Assembly (NCBI GenBank): GCA_049970495.1
Contig: JBMFMV010000006.1
Coordinates: 1-50,860 of the forward strand
Length of the DNA stretch: 50,860 bases
Origin: a bacterium
GTDB lineage: Bacteria; DUMJ01
Direction of reading: 5' to 3'
Shown here: positions 41,342 through 50,860 of the stretch, piece after piece
Layout: the number at the start of each line of letters is the position of its first letter
Position numbering within the stretch: position 1 is the stretch's first letter
Program-made: the position numbers and the translations under genes
The notes under the pieces: generated by a model
What the model was told of the DNA's origin: nothing
Seen by the model: the letters and a program-made list of their open reading frames with translations, nothing else
The model's database searches: none

Positions 41342-41405
41342 ATTGCTTGAGTTACCTCAAGCGATGTAGGGAAAGGTTAACTCTGTGTTACTAAGAGTTG
41401 TTTTT
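41342..41405 (+). promoter_or_regulatory. Structured cas leader: two hairpins, the second terminator-like
   Basis: ATTGCTTGAG-TTAC-CTCAAGCGAT (41342-41365); TAACTCT-N9-AGAGTTG followed by TTTTT (41378-41405). Confidence 0.5.
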
Positions 41406-41433
41406 AAACTGAATAGAAGTAGGAGAGTGGACT

Positions 41434-43975
<2,542 letters not shown>

Positions 43976-43979
43976 AAAA

Positions 43980-44891
43980 ATGAGTGAAATAGTTAAGAAT
44001 CGCTCAGAAATTTTATTCTTGTATGATGCCACGAATATTAATCCTAATGGAGATCCCCTAGATGAGAATAAGCCACGTATAGACGAAGAAACTGGCATCA
44101 ATATTGTTACCGATGTTAGACTAAAGAGGACTGTTAGGGATTATCTCTTTGATTACAAAGGTAAAGAGGTGTTCATAAGAGAGATAAGGGAAGACGATGG
44201 AAATCTGAGAACCAAAGAGAAAAGGTTAGAAGAGTTTAAAGATAACAATGAACTTATCGAGAAATGTATAGATGTGAGACTTTTTGGAGCTACTACCGCG
44301 GTAAAAGATAAAACAATGACTTTAACTGGTCCTGTCCAATTTAAATACGGCCACTCACTTCATAGAGTCGATATGGCCTATATAAAAGGAACTACTGTAA
44401 TGCCATCTGCTCAAGATAGAAGACAAGGAACTTTTACTGAAAAATATATACTCCCCTATTCTCTTATCGTCTTCTATGGTATTGTAAATGAAAACGCAGT
44501 GAAATCCCAGAATATACCTCTAACAGAAGAAGATGTAGAGTTGTTATTGGAAGCTATCTGGAATGGAACTAAGAATCTTATCTCTACATCTAAGGTTGGA
44601 CAGATGCCTAGATTACTTTTGCAAGTGATTCATAAAGAAGAGAACTACCATATAGGAGAGCTAGACAAAAGAATAAGGTTTATCTCTGATAAAAACGATG
44701 AAAAGATAAGAGATATAACTGATGGGGTACTTGATATAACCGAATTAGCAAAGATTTTAGACATGAATAAAGATAGCATTCTTAAAATAAGATACAAGAT
44801 AGACGACAGGGTTCAATTGTCACTTAATGGTCAAAAGGTTTCTCTCCAAGGAGCCCTTACTGGAGTTACACTAGAAGAGCTTCCTTTTTAG
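43980..44891 (+). CDS. cas7: Type I-B Cas7 (Csh2)
   Basis: NPNGDPLDENKPR, TDVRLKRTVRD, IDVRLFG, TGPVQF; ATG 43980 after GGAGGAGG. Confidence 0.95.
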   Translation: MSEIVKNRSEILFLYDATNINPNGDPLDENKPRIDEETGINIVTDVRLKRTVRDYLFDYKGKEVFIREIREDDGNLRTKEKRLEEFKDNNELIEKCIDVRLFGATTAVKDKTMTLTGPVQFKYGHSLHRVDMAYIKGTTVMPSAQDRRQGTFTEKYILPYSLIVFYGIVNENAVKSQNIPLTEEDVELLLEAIWNGTKNLISTSKVGQMPRLLLQVIHKEENYHIGELDKRIRFISDKNDEKIRDITDGVLDITELAKILDMNKDSILKIRYKIDDRVQLSLNGQKVSLQGALTGVTLEELPF

Positions 44892-44900
44892 GAGGCAAAG

Positions 44901-45614
44901 ATGAAGATCTTAATATTTGATATATGGGGAGATTTTGCTCACTTTAAAAGATTCTATACCACATCTTCTCTGCTAACGTTCTCCTTTCCTCCCCCTCCTA
45001 CTGTAAAAGGTATATTAGGGGCTATCATAGGATGCGATAAAAATGATTATCTAAGAGTATTCTCTAGGGACAAATGCGCTATAGCAATACAAATCCTAAA
45101 GCCAATAAAGAAAGTACGACTTGGATTAAACTATATAAACACCAAAGGAAATTTCTGGCGTCCAACAAAGAAGGGAACTCATGAAGCAAGAACTCAAATA
45201 CCTAGTGAATTTGTAAAGGATCCTGCCTATAGGATTTATGTCTCACATAGGGAAGATGAGATCTTTGATAGGCTAGCAAAAAATATAAAATCTCATAAGA
45301 CTTTCTTTACTGTCTCCCTAGGCTTAAGCGAACTTCTTGCAGACTTTAGTTATTTTGGGACCTTAGAGTTTAGGAAAAGGGAAGAAGGAGAAGTAGAAGT
45401 CTCATCTATTATACCAACCTCTATTCTTATAGAAGGATTAAAACTTAAAGAGGGTAATAGGTATTTTAAAGAGAGAATCCCGGTAGATATGGATCAAGAC
45501 CGGATAGTACTAAAGTACGAAGATATTCTCTACGAATCTCAGGGTAATAAGATAATAGCAAAAGTAAAGGATATCTGGGAAGGGGAAGATGGAACCTGTA
45601 TCTATCTCTTCTAG
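44901..45614 (+). CDS. cas5: Type I-B Cas5
   Basis: FDIWGDFAHFK...TSS.LTF.FPP..T..G.LGAI.G, SLG.SE.LA. Confidence 0.94.
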   Translation: MKILIFDIWGDFAHFKRFYTTSSLLTFSFPPPPTVKGILGAIIGCDKNDYLRVFSRDKCAIAIQILKPIKKVRLGLNYINTKGNFWRPTKKGTHEARTQIPSEFVKDPAYRIYVSHREDEIFDRLAKNIKSHKTFFTVSLGLSELLADFSYFGTLEFRKREEGEVEVSSIIPTSILIEGLKLKEGNRYFKERIPVDMDQDRIVLKYEDILYESQGNKIIAKVKDIWEGEDGTCIYLF

Positions 45615-47967
45615 ACTATACTCCCACCCTGATAAACCCTTAGAAATACACCTAATAAACGTTGCTAACTTGGCAATTAAGAATCTAGAGGAAATTCCTT
45701 TAAAAGATTTGCATTTATTTAAAAAGGATGAGATAAAAAGATTAGTCAAAGTCTGTAGTCTGTGCCATGATTTAGGTAAGGCTACTGGATATTTTCAGGA
45801 ATATCTCTTCTCCGATGAGGCAAAACAGAGTAAACTTAAGTGTATGAAAGAGACCCATCATTCACTCCTTTCTTCTGTAGCTTCTTTCCTTGTTACATTA
45901 GACGAATTTAAAGAGAATGGAAGTTTAAGTGAAGAACAAAAATTACTCCTTGCATTTATAGCCTTTTTCTCTATAAAAAGACACCATGGAGACCTAAAGG
46001 ATATTACATCAGAATCTATCCTAGACAATGATGATGAAGATCTTCTCTATAAACAGATAGATAGTATCAATAGTGAGAAGTTTTCTACCCTTATAGAGAT
46101 CTTACAAAGGAATGGATTTACGCTAAATCTGAATAAAGAGAGGCTAAGAGATAGCGTCTCCTATACAAAAGAGCATCTTAAGATTCTTAGGAGGAAATTT
46201 AGAAAACTAGAACAAGAGAAAAATATAGAGATGTATTTATTATCTAACCTGGTATTTTCTCTTCTTATTGATGCGGATAAAAATGATGTAGGCATTAAAA
46301 GTATACTAGAGCGAAGAAAACTAGAGCTTCCTTACCTTATAGTAGATAGGTATAAATCAACCAAAGAATATAAGGATATATACATAAATCAGTTGCGAGA
46401 AGAAGCTTACAGAGAGGTAATCAATACTAATATAGACCTAAACCAGAAGATATACTCTCTAAATCTTCCTACTGGGCTTGGCAAGACGTTTACATCTCTA
46501 GCTTTTGCTTTAAAGCTTAGGGATAAGATTTATAGAGAAAATGGGTATATACCTCGTATTATATACTCTCTTCCATTCTTAAGCATAATAGACCAGAACG
46601 CAAAGGAGATAGAGAATATCCTTAAAACTAGCGATATCCCCTTAGATACAGACATACTAATAAAGCACCATCACCTATCAGACATCTACTATAAGACAAA
46701 GGATAACGAGTTTGAGCCAGAAGAGGCAAGATTACTCATCGAGGGATGGAACTCAGAAATCATAGTTACAACATTTGTTCAACTCTTTCATACCCTTATT
46801 TCAAATAGAAATAGACTCCTACTTAGATTTCATCGGTTAGCTGGGAGTATTATTATTCTAGATGAGGTACAATCAATTCCATTTAAATACTGGCTCTTAC
46901 TGAGAGAGTTATTTATAGCCCTTACTAAGAACCTAAACGTCTACATAATATTTGTTACTGCAACCCAACCATTGATTATCCCAAGGGAAAAGATGTACTC
47001 ATTAGTAGATGTAGAAAAATACTTTAGACAGATGGACAGAGTAGTATTAAAGATTCAACTAGACAAAAAGATAACCCTAGAAGAATTTATAGAAAATATA
47101 GAACTTCAGGATAATAAAAGCTATCTATTTGTACTAAATACGATAACTTCTGCGAGAAGATTTTACTATCTTCTAAAGGAGAAAACTAATGAAGAGATTA
47201 TCTATATGTCATCACATCTAACACCCTATGATAGGCTAAAACGCATAGAAATGATAAAAAAGAAAAAGGCTAGATTAGCTGTTACTACTCAGCTTGTTGA
47301 GGCTGGTGTTGATATTGACTTTGACGTAGTATATAGAGATATGGCTCCATTAGATTCGGTAATTCAGGCGGTGGGAAGATGCAATAGAAATTGGGGTGAA
47401 AAAGGAGAGACGATAGTTGTATATCTAAAGGATGACAAAAGATCCTATGCCTCTTATATATACGATCCTCTACTCCTAGATATAACAGCTAGAATCTTAT
47501 CCCAAAGAGAAACAGTAGAAGAAAGAGAATTTTTGGATATAGTTAACTCATACTATCTGGAAGTTCAAAAGAAGAAGTCTACCGATATATCTAATGAGTT
47601 TATTAGTGCAATCTATAGACTAAAATACAATAGTACTGATGAAACAAAAGGGATTGAGAATTTTAAGTTGATAGATGAAGATTATCAAAAATTTGAAGTA
47701 TTTATAGAATTAAATGATGATGCAGAAAATATATGGAAGAGATTTTCTGAAATCAAGGAGATTAAAGACCTTATAGAACGCAGGATCGAGTTTAGTAAGA
47801 TAAAGGCAGATTTCTATAAATATGTAATATCCGTCCCTATAAAAAATGTAGAAAACATACTGCCAATAATCAATGGTTTTGGTTATGTAAGTAAAAATTC
47901 TCTTTCTGAATATTATGACAAGATAACAGGCTTTAAGCCTAAAGGAGACACGGTACTACTATGGTAG
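45589..47967 (+). CDS. cas3: Cas3 HD nuclease-helicase
   Basis: HL, HDLGK, HH, DAD; PTGLGKT, DEVQ, TAT, TQLVEAGVDID, QAVGRCNR. Confidence 0.96.
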   Translation: MEPVSISSRLYSHPDKPLEIHLINVANLAIKNLEEIPLKDLHLFKKDEIKRLVKVCSLCHDLGKATGYFQEYLFSDEAKQSKLKCMKETHHSLLSSVASFLVTLDEFKENGSLSEEQKLLLAFIAFFSIKRHHGDLKDITSESILDNDDEDLLYKQIDSINSEKFSTLIEILQRNGFTLNLNKERLRDSVSYTKEHLKILRRKFRKLEQEKNIEMYLLSNLVFSLLIDADKNDVGIKSILERRKLELPYLIVDRYKSTKEYKDIYINQLREEAYREVINTNIDLNQKIYSLNLPTGLGKTFTSLAFALKLRDKIYRENGYIPRIIYSLPFLSIIDQNAKEIENILKTSDIPLDTDILIKHHHLSDIYYKTKDNEFEPEEARLLIEGWNSEIIVTTFVQLFHTLISNRNRLLLRFHRLAGSIIILDEVQSIPFKYWLLLRELFIALTKNLNVYIIFVTATQPLIIPREKMYSLVDVEKYFRQMDRVVLKIQLDKKITLEEFIENIELQDNKSYLFVLNTITSARRFYYLLKEKTNEEIIYMSSHLTPYDRLKRIEMIKKKKARLAVTTQLVEAGVDIDFDVVYRDMAPLDSVIQAVGRCNRNWGEKGETIVVYLKDDKRSYASYIYDPLLLDITARILSQRETVEEREFLDIVNSYYLEVQKKKSTDISNEFISAIYRLKYNSTDETKGIENFKLIDEDYQKFEVFIELNDDAENIWKRFSEIKEIKDLIERRIEFSKIKADFYKYVISVPIKNVENILPIINGFGYVSKNSLSEYYDKITGFKPKGDTVLLW

Positions 47968-48458
47968 TACAGATTACTGGTACTATAATACAGAGCTATT
48001 CTATCTGCCTTAGACAGACCTGGCTTATGTCTAGGCAAATTATCCCTGACCAGGACCATCCATTCATAGAGATAGGCAGACTAATTGATAATGAAAGTTA
48101 TGATAGGGATAGAAAGAAGATAGAGCTTGAAGATATGGTGATAGACCTTATAAAAGTGAAGGACGAAAGTCTATTGGTGGGAGAGATAAAGAAAACTTCA
48201 AAGGCTGAAGAAAGCGCAAAGCTTCAACTTGCCTTTTATCTGTATAGACTAAAAGAGATTGGAGTTATAGCAAAAGGAGTCCTCTTATTTCCTAAAGAGA
48301 GAAAAAGGATTCCCATGGAATTGGACGCTGAATTAGAAGAAAAACTTAAAAAGATGTTTAGAGATATTGAAGCTATTATTCAGAATCCTCTTCCCCCTCC
48401 AGCTAAGAGGATTAAATATTGCACTAACTGTGCGTATAGGGAGTTTTGCTGGTCATGA
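47961..48458 (+). CDS. cas4: Cas4 exonuclease
   Basis: C.RQ.W, ID...EIKK, QL.FYL, CTNCAYREFC. Confidence 0.95.
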   Translation: MVVQITGTIIQSYSICLRQTWLMSRQIIPDQDHPFIEIGRLIDNESYDRDRKKIELEDMVIDLIKVKDESLLVGEIKKTSKAEESAKLQLAFYLYRLKEIGVIAKGVLLFPKERKRIPMELDAELEEKLKKMFRDIEAIIQNPLPPPAKRIKYCTNCAYREFCWS

Positions 48459-49450
48459 GTGAAAGTATTTATATCTTCTCTAATGGTGAGATAAAGAGAA
48501 AGCAGAATACCATATACTTTGAGAATGAGAAGGGGGATTACAAATATATACCGATAGAAAATACAAGAGACATACACCTATTTGGAGAGGTTACTCTAAA
48601 TAAAGAGATTCTAGAATTCTTCACACAAAATGAAGTAATTTTACACTTCTATAACTACTATGGATATTACGTTGGAAGCTACTATCCAAGAGAACACTAT
48701 AACTCTGGATATATGATTCTTAAACAGGCAGAACATTATCTAGATGCAGAAAAGAGACTCAACTTGGCAACCAGATTCGTTTTTGGCGCTATATTAAACA
48801 TAAGAAAGGTATTAAACTACTATCTAAATAGAGGGGTGGAACTATCTTCTTATATAGATAAGATTGAAGAATTAGCTGAGCTATTAGATAAGCAAGAAGA
48901 TATAGAGAGCTTAATGGCTATAGAGGGTAATATAAGAGAGGTGTACTATTCCTCTTTTGATTTAATCATAAATAGCGAAGAATTTTCTATGGATAAGAGG
49001 ACTAAAAGACCGCCTGAAAATAGACTGAATGCTCTGATTAGTTTTGGTAACTCATTACTATATACTTATATCTTATCTGAAATCTACAAGACTCATTTAG
49101 ACCCACGGATAGGATTCTTGCATACTACTAATTTTCGAAGATTCTCTTTAAATCTAGATATAGCGGAAGTATTTAAGCCTATTATAGTAGATAGAGTAAT
49201 CTTTTATATACTTAACAAGAATATGATAAACCCAGATGATTTTGAGGAGAAACTTAGAGGTATTTATCTTAAAGAATCAGGGAGGAAGATCTTTATAGAA
49301 AAACTAGAAGAAAAATTAAAGACTACGGTGAACTACAAGAAGATAGGAAGAGAAGTATCATATAGGAGATTAATCAGACTCGAATTATACAAGCTAGAAA
49401 AACATCTTATAGGTGACGAAGAATATGAACCTTTAGTTTCTGAATGGTAA
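48455..49450 (+). CDS. cas1: Cas1 integrase (I-B)
   Basis: R.KQNT, IEG...YY, R.KRPP.N..NALISFGN, GFLH, LD.AE.FKP..VDR. Confidence 0.97.
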   Translation: MSESIYIFSNGEIKRKQNTIYFENEKGDYKYIPIENTRDIHLFGEVTLNKEILEFFTQNEVILHFYNYYGYYVGSYYPREHYNSGYMILKQAEHYLDAEKRLNLATRFVFGAILNIRKVLNYYLNRGVELSSYIDKIEELAELLDKQEDIESLMAIEGNIREVYYSSFDLIINSEEFSMDKRTKRPPENRLNALISFGNSLLYTYILSEIYKTHLDPRIGFLHTTNFRRFSLNLDIAEVFKPIIVDRVIFYILNKNMINPDDFEEKLRGIYLKESGRKIFIEKLEEKLKTTVNYKKIGREVSYRRLIRLELYKLEKHLIGDEEYEPLVSEW

Positions 49451-49469
49451 CTGGCATAATTTATAACAA

Positions 49470-49733
49470 ATGTATCTCATTATGGTATATGATATTAATG
49501 AGGAGAGGGTTAATAAGGTTTTAAAGATTGGCAGAAAATATCTAGAGTGGGTTCAGAACTCTGTCTTAGAAGGAGAAATAACTGAAGCAAAATTTGAAAA
49601 ACTAAAGATGGAACTTATGAATACAATCAATCCAGAAGAAGATTCGGTAATCTTTTATATTATGAGAACTACGAAGTATACTATGAGGGAGATAATGGGG
49701 GTAAGTAAAGGAGGATTTCAAAGGTTTATATAA
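49470..49733 (+). CDS. cas2: Cas2
   Basis: VYDI...RV.KV.K..RKYL.WVQNSV.EG, DSV. Confidence 0.96.
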   Translation: MYLIMVYDINEERVNKVLKIGRKYLEWVQNSVLEGEITEAKFEKLKMELMNTINPEEDSVIFYIMRTTKYTMREIMGVSKGGFQRFI

Positions 49734-49785
49734 TATATAGAGGATCAGATTCTTGAATCGCTAGTTGCCTTGTAAGTGAATTAGA

Positions 49786-49836
49786 GTTTACTAGAAAAAT
49801 AAAAGGATTTATTAATTTACCAACCGAAATTGCAAC
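49786..49836 (+). repeat. Degenerate direct repeat, copy A
   Basis: GTTTACTAGAA...AGG.TTTA.T.AT.TTACCAACCGAAATTGCAAC aligns with 50812-50860. Confidence 0.6.
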
Positions 49837-49841
49837 CTTCA

Positions 49842-50663
49842 CTAAAGTTTATTTGCTAAATTCACTAAGAGGTTATAGGTAAACCAGCCATCATCGGTCA
49901 AGAAAAACTCAGGTTTGGAATTGGCTGAATCTCTGTGTATCCCTATACCATCTGAATATGGGGTAAAAGAAACAATCTTGTTATATGGTATTCTAAAAGA
50001 TTTTAACTTTCCCCCAAAGTATATATTTTCATTAGTGATACAAAGGATTCCTTGATCAATCAATGTAAGTTTTGATTCTTCAATGGGATATCCTTTAAAT
50101 CCTCCAACTCTATAATATACACCCTTCATAACACGAATACTAACACCTTGAGAACTACCTGTATAGTGTCTATATGTTCGGGTCTGATAGTAATTTACAT
50201 TACTAAATATCCAGATAACTGTCTCGCCTTTTAAGAGATTGAAAGGAAAAGGCCCATCTATCTTTACCCTGTTAGGGATTTTTCCCTCTAAGATATCTCT
50301 TAAAATAAGAGTTTTTACTAACTTCAGATATGAAGGCTTAGAACTTAACTCCTCGATACTAAAGCCAAACTTAAATAAGATATCTTTAAGCCTATTCTCC
50401 TCATCTTCTGTTATTACTTTATCCATCAAAGCATTGTCTAATGCCTTTTCCCAAGCATTAAGGATTATATCCTTTAGCTCAGTCTCATTAATAAAACTAT
50501 CATTAGCAATCTTTAATATCTCATCTTTTTCTACATTGCTTGTTAAAGAAAAGGCAATCATAGAGGTTACTAAAAATACCCCTTGATTATGCTTTTCTTT
50601 ACATTCCTTGTGCTCTTTCCTTAAAAAGCCAGCAGGCTTTCCACAAAACTTACATATACCCAT
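49842..50663 (-). CDS. Hypothetical protein: N-terminal zinc ribbon, TerB-like helical middle, PH-like C-terminus
   Basis: CKFC..H..C, ALMDKVITEDEE, GVSIRVMKGVYYRVG, DQG.L.ITN..IYF.G. GGGGAG RBS and TATAAT (50710-50705) upstream. Domain labels are pattern-based. Confidence 0.7.
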   Translation of the reverse strand: MGICKFCGKPAGFLRKEHKECKEKHNQGVFLVTSMIAFSLTSNVEKDEILKIANDSFINETELKDIILNAWEKALDNALMDKVITEDEENRLKDILFKFGFSIEELSSKPSYLKLVKTLILRDILEGKIPNRVKIDGPFPFNLLKGETVIWIFSNVNYYQTRTYRHYTGSSQGVSIRVMKGVYYRVGGFKGYPIEESKLTLIDQGILCITNENIYFGGKLKSFRIPYNKIVSFTPYSDGIGIHRDSANSKPEFFLTDDGWFTYNLLVNLANKL

Positions 50664-50811
50664 AGAGATCTCCCCTTTTAAGATTTTACTTTCCCTTAAA
50701 CTATATTATACTACAGTGTCATATGGTGCCCCCTTATAATTTATTAGAATTACTGACTGTTGCAGAAATAATCAATTAAGGTATTATTTGTTAGGATAGG
50801 TAAAGATGCCT

Positions 50812-50860
50812 GTTTACTAGAAGGATTAGGTTTAGTCATCTTACCAATCAAAACTGTAAT
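50812..50860 (+). repeat. Degenerate direct repeat, copy B (reaches the window edge)
   Basis: GTTTACTAGAAGGATTAGGTTTAGTCATCTTACCAATCAAAACTGTAAT aligns with 49786-49836. Confidence 0.6.

Noticed and set aside
49786..49841. Integron attC site after the hypothetical gene
   Set aside because: No RYYYAAC...GTTRRRY pair with internal dyad symmetry and no integrase in the window.
50725..50753. dif-like site beginning GGTGC...ATAA
   Set aside because: No XerD arm (TTATGTTAAA) and wrong spacing.

Overview
AT-rich bacterial chromosomal window, probably from an anaerobic thermophile (inferred from a TtuA-like tRNA thiolase, rubrerythrin, an OGG2-type glycosylase and a Thermotoga-type Cas8b). Layout: (i) a partial ttuA-like gene; (ii) a long + strand housekeeping run (ileS, dksA-like, lspA, lgt, rluD-like, amj, gatCAB, LpxB-like, rlmD, dnaE, nadB, nadC, malic enzyme, GntR, YqeY); (iii) a decaying ABC-2 exporter; (iv) a - strand operon tdk-DUF1385-prfA-prmC-tsaC-rpiB-glyA-phosphodiester glycosidase-GAF; (v) an intergenic DnaA-box cluster; (vi) nucleoside salvage and tRNA nucleotidyltransferase genes; (vii) oxidative-stress genes; (viii) a namZ-kinase-murQ MurNAc recycling cluster; (ix) a complete type I-B cas operon with no recognisable CRISPR array in the window. 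Best leads: a candidate terminator/antiterminator RNA switch in the cas leader; an antisense Zn-ribbon/TerB-like/PH-like gene flanked by degenerate ~50-bp direct repeats where the array would be expected; a hidden in-frame cas11; an orphan oriC-like DnaA-box cluster. All family calls are from motif recognition, with no database search.
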